This document shows positions 49,101-60,074 of a DNA stretch of 64,000 nucleotides, one piece after another (positions within the stretch are counted from its first letter, which is position 1; the number at the start of each line of letters is the position of its first letter). A model generated the notes under the pieces. It ran no database searches and had not been told where the DNA came from. It was given only the letters and a program-made list of their open reading frames with translations. The stretch spans positions 512,001 through 576,000 of the forward strand of contig CAWJJC010000020.1 of the NCBI GenBank assembly GCA_963843145.1. Direction: 5' to 3'. This DNA comes from an uncultured delta proteobacterium. Lineage in GTDB: Bacteria > Desulfobacterota > RBG-13-43-22. Both the position numbers and the translations under genes were made by a program.

Positions 49101-49343
49101 ACCGTCCGCACCTGGTCAATACTCGAGATTTCCTTCTCGATGACCCTGGTGATGTCCGTCTCCACATCTGGCCGCCGCCGCACCGGGCATGACGGTTACC
49201 ACGCTGATCTGAGGGCGGTCGGTATCAGGGAATAGGTTGAAGGGCATTTTTTGATACCCCATGATCCCCACGACAGAAAGGAGAATAACAAAAGACAGGA
49301 CCAGGTGGGGCTTTTCGATGTACCGCCTGACGAATTTCATCAT
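46162..49343 (-). pseudogene. AcrB/CusA-family RND permease, fragmented by many frameshifts
   Basis: Fragments in order: NLFPDTDRPQI, ITRVIEKEI, SAYHGNG, GMLLDDAIVVIENIERH, GIVVKNSILLIDF, RTRPILMT, PLAVVAIGGL. At least 8 frame breaks. Confidence 0.8.
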
Positions 49344-50479
49344 TTGCCCCCAGCTTTCGACATAGTGATTTTCATACCCTCGGAAAGGTTGAGGAGCTTG
49401 TTCTCCTGGGCGAGAGCCACCTGCGCACCGGCGGCGATATCTCCTTTCACCGCGGCCTGGCCCTTGGCGCTGCCGAGCACCTCAACCGGGCGAATGTGGA
49501 TAACCCCTTGGTTGACCAGGTAAATAAAAGCGCCTTTGGCCGTACGGACAATGGCGTTTTCAGGCACAATGATCCCGGATACACTGGATGTCACTATATC
49601 CACCCCGACCGTCGATCCGGTAGGAAGTCCGAAGGGGCTCTTCGGCAGAATGGCCTCGACGGAATCCAAAAAATTTTTGCCCAGGGCCGGATACACCTTT
49701 GTGACTGTCGCCGGCATAGTGCTCTGCCCGCTGCCGATCACCAGTTTCGTTCCCGGTCTTACCTGCCCGGCCAACTCCTGTGGTATCTGAACCAGAATCT
49801 TGACCGGAGAGGGCTGCTGGATGGTCAAAATGGTCTTACCGGGCAGGGCCAAGTCCCCCGGTTCAGCCGACCGTTTGGTCACCACACCGGAGAAAGGCGC
49901 CGATATCCGGGCATATCCGACCTGGAGCCTGGCGGCCTCCACGTTTCTTTCCAGTCCACGGATGCTGTCTGCATAGGCGTCTACCGCGGATTTTGCACTG
50001 TCGCGGGTCGCTTGGGAGCGTTCCAGGGCCTCTTTGGAGATCGCTCCCGCCTTATAAAGTTGCTCGTCCCGTTCGGTGACCGAACGCTGGGTTTCGTAAA
50101 CGCTTCGCGCCCCTGCCAGCCGCTGCTTACTGGCGAGCACCTCTGCCTGGCTCGATTCGGCCCTCGTTGACAGCTCACGGGCGTCGATGACGGAGACGAC
50201 TTCCCCCTTAGCGACCGTGTCACCCTCCCGCTTGCTGATCGAAACGATATAACCGGTAATGCGGGGGGCGAGATCAGCCAGAACGTATGGCTGGATCTCC
50301 CCAAGCTGCCTGTTCGTAACCTCGATGGTACCTTGAGCGGCCTGGGCGGTCTGGAGGGCCGGCGGCTGAGATGAGGGCTTGGGCAAAATGGCCAAGGCCA
50401 TTTGTTTGTTGATGACGATGGCTAGCCCTCCCAGAATGAGAGCCAGGGCTATTATGACCAGAACGATTTTTTTCTTCAT
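49340..50479 (-). CDS. RND efflux periplasmic adaptor (MFP)
   Basis: APRITGYIVSISKREGD, GAISKEALE, ISAPFSGVV and IVPENAI motifs. Confidence 0.9.
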   Translation of the reverse strand: MKKKIVLVIIALALILGGLAIVINKQMALAILPKPSSQPPALQTAQAAQGTIEVTNRQLGEIQPYVLADLAPRITGYIVSISKREGDTVAKGEVVSVIDARELSTRAESSQAEVLASKQRLAGARSVYETQRSVTERDEQLYKAGAISKEALERSQATRDSAKSAVDAYADSIRGLERNVEAARLQVGYARISAPFSGVVTKRSAEPGDLALPGKTILTIQQPSPVKILVQIPQELAGQVRPGTKLVIGSGQSTMPATVTKVYPALGKNFLDSVEAILPKSPFGLPTGSTVGVDIVTSSVSGIIVPENAIVRTAKGAFIYLVNQGVIHIRPVEVLGSAKGQAAVKGDIAAGAQVALAQENKLLNLSEGMKITMSKAGGK

Positions 50480-51817
50480 TGTAAATATTCCTCCAAGGTG
50501 CCGGTTGCCTTGCGAAAGGCCACCACGGCGGCGTTGTAATCAAAGAGCGCTTGGGTGTAGTTGGCGAGAGCGTTTATGGATGCCGCCTGGGCCAGAAGAA
50601 GGTCTATCATCGCTCCGGCGCCCGTATTATACCGCTGCTGTTCGATTCTGAAGGTCTCCTCCCCTTGGGCCACCGCCTTTTCTGCAGTGGAGACCCGGTT
50701 TCTGCTCTCATCGGCCGACGTGACGGCGTTGGACACTTCGAGGCCCAGTTGGTTGTCGGCAGCCAGAAGACGTTGGGAGGCCCTTTCCGTCTGCACGCGC
50801 TCTCGCGAAAGGTCGGCATAAAGGGAACGATCGAATAGGGGAAGGCTGAGAGTCACCCCGGCCATCCAGATGGTGTCGTTGTATGAGGGGGTGTAACCGG
50901 TCCAGCGGGTATCACTGGCAAAGAGGTTTATAGTTGGAAGGAGCCGGCCGAGGGCGAGCTTTTGATTCAGTTTCGCCTCTTCCACGGCCTTTTTGGCTGA
51001 AAGATATTCAGGTCTCCGTTCATGGGCTATGGCCAGACCTGATGAGAAATCCGTTTTGAGGTCATTCACAACCAGCCGGTCTCTTAGAGGCGGCAACGGA
51101 GTAACCATTTCCTGCCCATTCCCCATCAGGACCCAAAGGGTCGCGGAGGCATTTTTCCAGGCCTCTTCGGTCGCTAATAATCTTTGTTGTTCGTTGGCCA
51201 GTTGTACCTCCACCTTCAGCAGATCCAACCGGGCGACACGGCCCACATCGAGAAGCAGACGGGTGTTCTTGGTCTGTTCCTCCAGGGCCTGCACCTGGAC
51301 CTTTGAGGCCTTTTGTAACTCTTGAAGCTGGAGGATTTTGTAGTAGGCGTTTACCGTATTGGCAATGAGGTCGTTCTTCGTCTGGCCGGTGGTCAATACC
51401 TGGATGTCGCGCCGAATCTTGGCCAGGGATACCCCGGTTGTTACCTGCCCGCCCTGATAGATGGGCAGTGTCAGGGTCAGCCCCAGTGCGCTGTAAGTAT
51501 CACTGAAATGGGGTGGGATATTGACTGCCTGGGCTTGAATATAAGGAAAAGGCTCCTGACGTCTGGAATAGGAACCGTCCAGAGACAAACGGGGCCAATG
51601 CCTCCCCTCGGCCGACGTCAACCCTTCCTCGGCGCTTTTGATGGCCAGTCCGGCTTCGACAACGATCGGGTTTCTGGCCAGTGCGATCTTAAGGCATTCC
51701 TTCAACGTCAACCCATCACGGTTATCCTGTGCCGCCGCGGGCAACGATGGGTAACAACGACAGTAGCCAGAGGCTGAGCATCATCACGGCGCCGATCGGC
51801 TTCTTTTTTTGTTTCAT
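50476..51817 (-). CDS. TolC-family outer-membrane efflux protein (frameshift in the signal peptide near 51750)
   Basis: LTLKECLKIALARNP, LTLPIYQGG, ERRPE, LSLPLFD and RYNTG..DLL.AQ motifs; likely start MKQKKKP at 51817. Confidence 0.85.
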
Positions 51818-51874
51818 TCTAAACCCTCAATCCGATAGAATAAAAAAGTGGTCCAGACTATTAGTAGAAATATT

Positions 51875-53229
51875 TCAAAAATAATATCTGACCCTGAAAT
51901 CGACCCGATAATCATTCGGCTTCTCACCGAATTCGCTTCCCCTTGAACCCGTGATAAAAGCGGTCCTCAGACGCAGTTCCAGATTGGTAAACCCGGTGTA
52001 GACCAATTCAGGGGTTAGGGAAAAGCTCCTGTCGTCGATATTGGCCAGCATGGTTATGGCCGGGGTGAAGTAAAGGATATCCAAAGGTTCTTTCTGGCTT
52101 ACCCTCAGGTAAAGATAATTCGTTTCCGGAGTCTGCTTCCCGTAATTGCCCTGGGACAGGTTGTTGGCCCGGTTCAGCACAGAGGGATTGCCCGTTGTGG
52201 TATAAAGGCTATACCCCTTGTCTATATAGGAAAAGAAATCCTGCATCTCCTGGCTGCTGTACCCCTGGCCGTTCCGGTAATATTCGAGGATATACGTGGT
52301 ATCCCGGGCGGTAAGATACCTAAGGCCCAGCAGGGCATTGAAGGCATTGAAACTGGACTGGGACATATTCCCGTTGGGATCGACGGAGGTCTTGGTAAAA
52401 TTATTGATTAAGGAGAACTCTCCATGCAGTTCAAGGTTGGTGGAGACATTCCTGGAAAAGTCCAGGCCGTAGCGAGCGGTTTTGCTCCCCCCGGTCAGGA
52501 ACATCAAGTCGATATCGGTATCGTAAAGAAGAAAATAGAACTTCGCGGCCCCATTCAGATTTCCGGTCGACCCGAAATCATCATTGACGCCGACGTAGGC
52601 GGGTAGCAGGACCGGCGTAAAGGTAAAGGTCTTCAGGGCCTGCCCCTCCCAACTCTTGGTATAGTCTAACGAGGCGACAATATACCCTTCCCGGGCCAAC
52701 TCGGGATCATCGGGGTTCTTCGGCCGGTCGAGAAAGGCGGCTGGGTTCCAGGCATAGCCTTTGCCCCAATTGAGCGTTTTTTTGCCGAATTCGGTGATAA
52801 AGGTCGGTGAGGGTTTGAATGAGACATTGCCCTCGAAGACCAGAGTATTGCTGGCTGCCGTTTGATAGTTGTTGGTGTAGGATGTATTGGTTTTGATGTA
52901 AAAACGGGAGATGCCCTTCTCCAGGCTCCCTTCCAACTGGAGTGTTCCGTCGTATTCCGGCGTGGTCGCCCCTATCTTCCGGTTGTAAAAATTGAGTTTG
53001 TAAAGGGCGGCATTCTTATCCAGCCCGAAAAGAATGGGCATGGCCTCAAGATACCCCCCGAGATGATAGGGTTTCTTTTCGGTCTCCGAGACATCAAACT
53101 TGTATTCCTCGGCTTTATTTTCCTCTGAAAAGGCAGGAGTCCGAGCGTCATAAGCAGCAGGCAGCAGACAACCGACAACAAATAAAGCCTGCCGAAAATA
53201 CAGCGGATCCCCGTTCCTGATTTCTTCAT
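51875..53229 (-). CDS. Putative outer-membrane beta-barrel protein (frameshift near 53140)
   Basis: Signal peptide, GKKTLNWGKGYAWNP, alternating beta-strand pattern, C-terminal RVRYYF. Confidence 0.7.
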
Positions 53230-53235
53230 TCTGCT

Positions 53236-53982
53236 CTACCTTAATGAGTCCATTTTCGGCATAAAGGTTAAGGTGAAGACCTCATCCTTGAAGTCTTTCT
53301 TTTTGATCTTGGCGAAAATCATGATCGATTTATAACCCTTATAAAGGGGGCTGTCCGTCTCGATGATGGCCGGTCGCACCAAACCCGCACCGAACTCCTT
53401 GATGTCCTTGAAATAAAGGGTCTTGATCAGCATGTTGGCTTCGGTGAGACATTCGATCCTGGTCGGTAGATTTTTGTTCTTGTCCACCCACATTTTGAGC
53501 CGGTCATAGGCCACGGTTTTGGTCTTGGCCTTGAGAAAAAGAAGGGTTTCCTTGGGAGTGGAATCGACTTTTTCCACATCATACTCTACCGAATAATCAA
53601 GTGCCAGAATATCGGCATTATTGAAAACGCCGCCGATGACCGATTGAAGGCTGGTGATGCGGATCGGCTTGCCCACGTTGGGGACATAGAGCCACATATT
53701 ATCTCCCAGTCTGAGCGTACTTCTGCCATTCTCACTGGCCGGCGAAAGAAACAACCCGGCCATTTTATCCGTCCCTTTTTTGGCCGTAAAATAGACGTAT
53801 TCTTTCTTTTTTCCATCCGGTTCGATGTTGATGATCTTCCGATAGGACTCATAAGATTCGGGACTGAGGTTCTTGTCTATCTGGGCAAGCAGTTGTGCCC
53901 CGTCCATTGCATAAAGAGGTACGGCACTACCCAGCAGCATGGCGCACAAGAGTATCCGTAAGAAAACTAAAGATTTGTTCAT
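53236..53982 (-). CDS. LolA-like outer-membrane lipoprotein-sorting protein
   Basis: FLSPASENGRSTLRLGDNMWLYVP, PIRITS and FNNADI motifs. Confidence 0.8.
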   Translation of the reverse strand: MNKSLVFLRILLCAMLLGSAVPLYAMDGAQLLAQIDKNLSPESYESYRKIINIEPDGKKKEYVYFTAKKGTDKMAGLFLSPASENGRSTLRLGDNMWLYVPNVGKPIRITSLQSVIGGVFNNADILALDYSVEYDVEKVDSTPKETLLFLKAKTKTVAYDRLKMWVDKNKNLPTRIECLTEANMLIKTLYFKDIKEFGAGLVRPAIIETDSPLYKGYKSIMIFAKIKKKDFKDEVFTLTFMPKMDSLR

Positions 53983-54053
53983 CGATGGATCCTTTCGTTA
54001 AGGATTGAAACAACTATCATCCCAAGAAACTGTACTTTTTTCATTCGATCCTC

Positions 54054-55289
54054 CTATACATGTCTTAAGGCGGTAATCGGCTCCATCCGCGAGGCCTTGA
54101 GGGCCGGCTGGAGACTTCCGAGAATGGCGACCACGACCACGATCACCGAGACGATGATCAGGTCGGAGATTTGCACCGAAGGCGAGAGCACGAAGGTCTG
54201 CCTGGCGAAGTTGAAGCTGATATGGGCTAGACGGAGCACGAAGACAATAACCACGCCGATCACATTTCCGATGACCACCCCGAATATCCCGAGCAGCAGA
54301 CCTTCCATTACGAACATGGAGAGAATCTTGCCCGGCAGCGTGCCAATGGCGGCAATGGTGCCGATTTCCCGTATCCGCTCGTAGACCGCCATGATCATCA
54401 CGTTCATGACGCTCACCAGCACGATAGCGATGAGCATGACCTTAATGAAAATGGTCATGAGGTTGATCATCTGGGCCAGGCTGAAGAACGGGGAAAGGCC
54501 CTCCCAGGTGTGGACCTCGAATATCGGCTTGCCCTGTTTGTTTTTTTCGCCGGAGAGCGCTTGGTCCAGTTGACCATAAATTTTGTGGAGGGCACCGAAG
54601 TCTTTCAGCCTAATGGCTATTTCGCTGATCTCCGGCTCGTCCATCCGAAGGATTTCCTTGGCATCATCGATGTGAACGTAGCCGTCCCTTCCGCCAGGGC
54701 CCGTGGCGCTCTCCAATACCCCGCCGACCTTGAGCTGCTTTCCATTCACCGAGCCGTCCTTGTTCGTGGCGATCACTACCACCATGGAGCCCACTTTTAA
54801 GTTCATGCCGCGCGCCAGGAGTTCGGGGATCATGATTTCCCCCTTCTTGATGACCTTCTCTCCTTCTATGACTCGCGACATCAAAAGCGGAACGGTCCGG
54901 GCCTCTTTCTCGGGATCGACCCCATTGAGCCGGATGGCGGTCGTCTCGGTGAAATTACTGAACATGCCCCCGAACTTGATTCTCGGAGAATAGGCCTCGA
55001 TCCCCGGCGTCCCCTCAAGTAGCTTTTCCACCTTGGCCACGGCCTGGGGCTTCATGTTCATGGTCAGGGGTAGGTTGTCGATGGAGGCCACATATCCCTT
55101 TCGATGGATCTGGATGTGGCCGAGCATCGAGTCGGTGATCTGACTGATAATGAGATTTTTAAACGAGCCCGAAACAGCGGTGAAAACCAGGACAAAGACG
55201 ATGCCAATGGCCACGAGCGAGGAGGTGAGCAAGGTCCTCCGTTTGTAACGTATCAGATTTCTTATGGCGATCTTCAGGACGTTATACAC
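54054..55289 (-). CDS. ABC transporter permease (MacB/FtsX/LolE family)
   Basis: AIRNLIRYKRRT, GHIQI, ERIREIGTIAAIG and PALKASRMEPITAL motifs. Confidence 0.9.
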   Translation of the reverse strand: MYNVLKIAIRNLIRYKRRTLLTSSLVAIGIVFVLVFTAVSGSFKNLIISQITDSMLGHIQIHRKGYVASIDNLPLTMNMKPQAVAKVEKLLEGTPGIEAYSPRIKFGGMFSNFTETTAIRLNGVDPEKEARTVPLLMSRVIEGEKVIKKGEIMIPELLARGMNLKVGSMVVVIATNKDGSVNGKQLKVGGVLESATGPGGRDGYVHIDDAKEILRMDEPEISEIAIRLKDFGALHKIYGQLDQALSGEKNKQGKPIFEVHTWEGLSPFFSLAQMINLMTIFIKVMLIAIVLVSVMNVMIMAVYERIREIGTIAAIGTLPGKILSMFVMEGLLLGIFGVVIGNVIGVVIVFVLRLAHISFNFARQTFVLSPSVQISDLIIVSVIVVVVAILGSLQPALKASRMEPITALRHV

Positions 55290-55987
55290 GATTACCCTCT
55301 CTTTCCCCTTTCCGGTTCGCAATCCGCCCGTCTTCGAGCGTATAGATTATCTCCGCTTCTCCCACGATCTTCTGGTCGTGCGTCGAGAAGATGAAGGTCG
55401 TCTTGAACTGGTCCCGCATCTTCTTCATTAATTCTATGACCCTATAGGCCGTCTTTTGGTCGAGATTGGCCGTCGGCTCGTCGGCCAGGACGAGTTTGGG
55501 ATTGGTCACCAGGGCCCGGGCTACGGCCACCCGCTGCTTTTGACCGCCTGATATCTGGTCGGGAAACTTATCCTTCTGTTCTCTCATCCCTACTCCCTCA
55601 AGCAGGGAGGTAACCCGCTTTTGCCTTTCCTTCTGGGGAAAACTTTGCACCATCAGGAGAGGATACTCGATGTTCTCATAGACCGTGAGCACCGGGATGA
55701 GGTTGAAGTCCTGGAAGATGAAGCCGATATTCGCCCCTCTAAAAGAGGCGCTTTGCTTACGGTCCAGGGAAAGGACATCTGTCCCGGCGACCGATCAGAC
55801 GGCCTTCCGTAGGTTTGTCGAGACAGCCAACGAGATTTAGGAGCGTGGTTTTGCCACTTCCCGAGGGCCCCACAAAGGATACAAAGGAAGCAGGTTCGAT
55901 CTCGAAGCTCAAACCTCTTAGCGCCTGGACCGTCACCTCCCCCAACCGGTAGTCTTTATGTAAATTCTCTGCCACTACTAACGCCAT
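55282..55987 (-). CDS. ABC transporter ATP-binding protein (frameshift near 55790)
   Basis: GPSGSGKTT, ISGGQKQRVA, LADEPTANLD and STHD across two ORFs. Confidence 0.88.
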
Positions 55988-56083
55988 TTTTTCTCCTTAA
56001 ATTTGTCCTAAAAAATAGTGTTTTAAACAGGTTTGACACCTTGAATAATAACCAGTCCTTCACCCCATTTCAATCATTTATAA

Positions 56084-56494
56084 TCATTTTCCCTTTCTTA
56101 TCGGGTCATCCATGAACGAGAGCGGATGGTCAAAAGGGCATAAGGAAAAACCCACAAAGCTTGGATCGGCATTAGGATAGGCCCGGTAATGGAACCAAAG
56201 GACGGTCCGAAAAACGATGAAAAGACTGCCGATGAAGGCCCAGAGCATGCCGGGCCGTACGACCGCAGCAATCCGGTGATTCCCTTGAATTGAATGGGTA
56301 AGGAAATTGAAGACCCCCCCGGCAAGACTGGCATAGACTAAAATGAAGAGGCTCAGACAAATGAATGTCCCAATTACCCAATCCAGGAAATCTGATGTCT
56401 TCCCTGACGTCTGTGCTTTCTCGCAACCAAATTCTTCCCGCAAGGGATCTATATCGGATAATGACTTTGTTAATAATGATTGTGGTCGTGACAT
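56084..56494 (-). pseudogene. Internally deleted GT2 (hyaluronan synthase/NodC-like) gene
   Basis: N-terminal TM part ending RTVLWFHYRAYP is joined out of frame to the family C-terminus LWVFPYALLTIRSRSWMTR; the catalytic core is absent. Confidence 0.55.
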
Positions 56495-56603
56495 TGATTT
56501 AAACCAGCTCGATTTTCCACCAAGGAAACTATAAAAATTCAGGGTTAAAAACCATCTTTCAGGGGAAGGGAGGCGTTATACCGTCCCCTCCCCTGACCAT
56601 TTT

Positions 56604-57200
56604 TTAGAATACACCCGGCCCCATAAATGGGCCGCCCATTAGGCCCCGCATCCGGCCGAATCCCATGGGAGATCCGCCGAGCTTCTGGATCTGCTCGGGA
56701 GAGAGGATCTTCCGCATCTCGAGAGGAATCTGGGCCATCTTGTCGAAGAGCTGCTCCCGCAAAGCGGACATCTCTTTCTGTTTCGCCTGCAATGTCGCCT
56801 CATCGGTTTTTAAGTTTGTCATGAGCTTCTGCATTTCGAGTTGCTTCTGCGTCAGGTCATTTCTCAAGGCCTCTGTCTCTCCATAGATGCTGTTTCTCAG
56901 TCCGTTCATCTGGTTCAACTGTTCCTCGGAAAGATCCAAATACTGACCGGGACCGAAACCACCTTGGAACCCAGGGCCGAAACCCGGTCTAAACCCCGGG
57001 CCGAAGCCGCCAGGTCCGAACCCGGCTGGAGGACCTGAAAAGCTCTCAGAACCGGTAACGGGACCGCGAAAACCGGCAGGTGGCCCGGCGAAGGGCGGTC
57101 CGCCGTCTCCGAAGGAGAGCCCGTAGCCCCAAGCCACAATCCCCAGGCCCGCAAAACTCAAAGCAAGAACAGTTAAATACCACTTTTTGATCTTTTTCAT
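56604..57200 (-). CDS. Spy/CpxP/ZraP-family periplasmic protein with Gly-Pro-Phe repeats
   Basis: Signal peptide, GFGPG repeats, LDLSEEQ and ILSPEQ motifs. Confidence 0.8.
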   Translation of the reverse strand: MKKIKKWYLTVLALSFAGLGIVAWGYGLSFGDGGPPFAGPPAGFRGPVTGSESFSGPPAGFGPGGFGPGFRPGFGPGFQGGFGPGQYLDLSEEQLNQMNGLRNSIYGETEALRNDLTQKQLEMQKLMTNLKTDEATLQAKQKEMSALREQLFDKMAQIPLEMRKILSPEQIQKLGGSPMGFGRMRGLMGGPFMGPGVF

Positions 57201-57268
57201 TGTAACATCCTCCTTTTCAAATAAAATATACTTCATTTACCAAAAGGATTGCCCCCCTTTTCCACACG

Positions 57269-57763
57269 CTATGGCCGAGGCGAATTTTTCATAATATGAT
57301 CGACAGCTTCCTGCGCGCTCCCTTTAAAGGCAATGCATTTTATGCCTCTCATTCCCATACCTTTTACGATTTCATCCCCGAACTCCCCGGCAACGACGAC
57401 CCTGATCCCGTTTCTGATGAAGAAGTCGCTGAACCCGGTCCAGGTTCTATCCCTCTCTTCGCGAGAAGGGGTTTGTATTCCGCTTGTCATCACGCCCTTT
57501 TCATCGAAGCCAATGGCGTCAATCGCCGAGGCGCCTCCTACTGCCGGGCCTTTGCCGAAGTTGGGGTTTTCCACCGCCTTTATGAATTTGCCCTCGCGGT
57601 TAAAGAGCAGATAAAAGGGGCTGCGCCCCATCCTGTCGGCTACAGGCGAGCCGGGATTCTTTTCATTCGATGCCACGGCGATGTTTCCTGACTCGCCGGA
57701 AAATCCCGCCCCGGAAACAAACAACAAGGCCGCGAATGCCACGAGACTCAAAATCTTCATCAA
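57269..57763 (-). CDS. NifB/NifX-family protein with signal peptide
   Basis: IAVAS...VADRMGRSPFYLLF...VENP...GIRVVVAGEFG...GSAQEAV; hydrophobic N-terminus. Confidence 0.7.
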   Translation of the reverse strand: MMKILSLVAFAALLFVSGAGFSGESGNIAVASNEKNPGSPVADRMGRSPFYLLFNREGKFIKAVENPNFGKGPAVGGASAIDAIGFDEKGVMTSGIQTPSREERDRTWTGFSDFFIRNGIRVVVAGEFGDEIVKGMGMRGIKCIAFKGSAQEAVDHIMKNSPRP

Positions 57764-57775
57764 CTTTCCTTCCTT

Positions 57776-58249
57776 CTACCTGCGGCCAGGGCGGAACGAT
57801 GAAACAGGTTCTTGTCGCCCGGGGGTCAGGAGATCTCGGCATTTGAACCGATAATTAAAATTCTTTTCCCGGATTTTTTCCTGGAACTCTTGAATACCTT
57901 TTCTAAGACTGAAGATCCGGATCGCCTCTGTTTTCGAACTTGAGTCGAGCAACCTTAATTCCAATCTTTTAGCTCCAAGCTCTTGCCGAAGAGGGACCAT
58001 TTTCTTCCAGTGGCCCTTGTGTATCTTCTCCATTTTGGCCGATTGCTCAGGCGTCAAACCGTCATTCTCAAAGAACCCCTGCCCAAGCCTCGATCCCATT
58101 CCTCTGCTCCAGGGTTCAGCCAGGGCCTTACCGGTCGACATGAGCATGAAAAGAAAAAAGAGCAGGGCTGCCAGGAGAAACATGATGATCAAGGCCGACA
58201 ATTTATCCTTCCCGTCCGCCTTCTTGACATCTTGAGAATTCCGGCTCAC
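57776..58249 (-). CDS. Spy/CpxP/ZraP-family periplasmic protein
   Basis: GLTPEQSAKM, PLRQELGAKRLEL and DLLTP motifs. Confidence 0.75.
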   Translation of the reverse strand: MSRNSQDVKKADGKDKLSALIIMFLLAALLFFLFMLMSTGKALAEPWSRGMGSRLGQGFFENDGLTPEQSAKMEKIHKGHWKKMVPLRQELGAKRLELRLLDSSSKTEAIRIFSLRKGIQEFQEKIREKNFNYRFKCRDLLTPGRQEPVSSFRPGRR

Positions 58250-58391
58250 AAAGCTCCCTCCTTTCGTCCTTTTTTGCTAATTCCAAGGAAAGGGGTCCTC
58301 TTCTCCCTTCCCTTGGTTGAAGGTCATGGAAAAATCAGGATCATTATTACGAGTTTGATCTTGAAAGCAAAAAAGCGAGGTGCAGTTGAAC

Positions 58392-58694
58392 TTAACAGCG
58401 AAGAGGAAAGGTGGTTAAGGCATCGAGGGGAAAGGCCGTCATAACGCCGATAACCTGAATCTGTGGAGAAGCGGGTAAGGTTGAAGAAATGGAGGCCAAA
58501 GACAAATGCATTATGACCAAATCACCGGGGGTTGAATTGGAATTAATAATAGTCGGATTACACCGTTCAATCTTTGGGCCTGGCTTGAATGGGCAACCGG
58601 CCCCCATTTTTAAGGCCAATTTCAGGGGTGTTGCCCCGGCCAACAAAGGAACCAGAAGGATAACCACCACTAAGATGAGGATTTTCGATTTCAT
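58392..58694 (-). CDS. Small secreted/leader-type protein ending PLRC
   Basis: Signal peptide, two central Cys, C-terminal FPLRC-stop. Confidence 0.55.
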   Translation of the reverse strand: MKSKILILVVVILLVPLLAGATPLKLALKMGAGCPFKPGPKIERCNPTIINSNSTPGDLVIMHLSLASISSTLPASPQIQVIGVMTAFPLDALTTFPLRC

Positions 58695-58824
58695 GACTTG
58701 TATTTCAAATTTTGTTTTCTTTTATTATCTCTTTGTTTTTACTGATAATCGTCATAAGGACAGCCTTTACTGGATGCTCGACATATTTGTCGTCCAATGA
58801 CCTTACCTGGCCTTTACTGAGCCT

Positions 58825-60067
58825 TTACAGCTTCCTCAGAATATCCACCGGCTTCATCCGCGAGGTGCGCCGGCCCATGAAGAAACTGGCCAGACCGCCA
58901 GCCACGAGCGAAAGCACCAAGGCGCTGGCTGTAAGTCCTGCGGAGAGACTGACCGGTAGCCTCACGGCCGTTGCCGCCTGGGTCACAGTGTCCTTGGCAA
59001 AGGCCGGCATAAGGTTTATCTCCCAGGGTGTTGCGACGGGTATGGAGAGAAACCCGAGGGCGTAGGAGATGGCATAACCGGCCATAAGTCCGACCAGACC
59101 GCCGGCCAATGATTGCAGCAGTGCCTCGCCCATGAGCTGCTTCTGGACATCTTTCTCGGTCCAGCCAACCGCTTTCAGGATACCGATTTCACTGGAGCGG
59201 GCTACGAGATTGGCCAGCATGGTCTTGATGATCAGGAATATGGCCCCACCGAGGGCGATAATGGATACGAGGAGCGAAAACTGGTCGGAAATTTTAGAAA
59301 CGCCTCCCATCAGCTCCAGGAAAGAATCGGAACTGGTAACGGAGACACCGGGTACTTCTTTGGCGATCTGCGTCTTCACCTGGCTTAGAAGCGAGGGGTT
59401 GTTGAGCCGCAGATAGACGATGTTGACCCCCTTGGCCTCATCGGAAAGAAGCTTCTGGGCATCAGCCAAGGGAAGGTAGATATTAGCCGAGGCGATCTGG
59501 GAGCCTTCTTTGATCTCCAGAAGGCCTACCACCGTAAAGGGCCGGCCCTCGATCAGCATCGTGCCGCCAAGGGCCGTGCGATGGAATTTGGCATAGTGTT
59601 TTTCCAGGACGATCTCTCCGTCCTTCTTCGGGAAGCGGCCCTCTTTCAGCCACTCCTTGACCTTGACCGGTCCCAGGCTCGGTTGGGAAAGGTCTACGCC
59701 CATAATAGTCTGAAAACCGCCCCGGTCGAACTCCCAGAGGAGCAAGGAAGAAGCCATGGAACCCACACCGTCTATGGAGGCCAGTTTTCGAACCTCTTCA
59801 GGCCGCAATAATTGGTTCGAGAAGGGCAGGCGGATCCCCCGCATCGATGTAGGCGGTTTGAGTCCCATTAACCGCGCGCTTTTCGGGTTTCTGGACCACG
59901 AGGTCCGCACCCAGGTTTTTAAAAGGCAGGCTTACTGCCTTTTGATAGGCCGTCGAGACGGAGTTGATAGCCACAAAGAGGGCGATCCCTATGGCAATAC
60001 CCAGGACGTTCACCAAGGTCCGGTTATGATGGTGTCGAAGCTCATTCAGTACATATCGATAGTTCAT
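58825..60067 (-). CDS. ABC transporter permease (MacB/FtsX family; frameshift near 59860)
   Basis: MNYRYVLNELRHHHNRT, GADLVVQK, RSSEIGILKAVGW and MKPVDILR motifs. Confidence 0.85.
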
Positions 60068-60074
60068 AGCCCGC

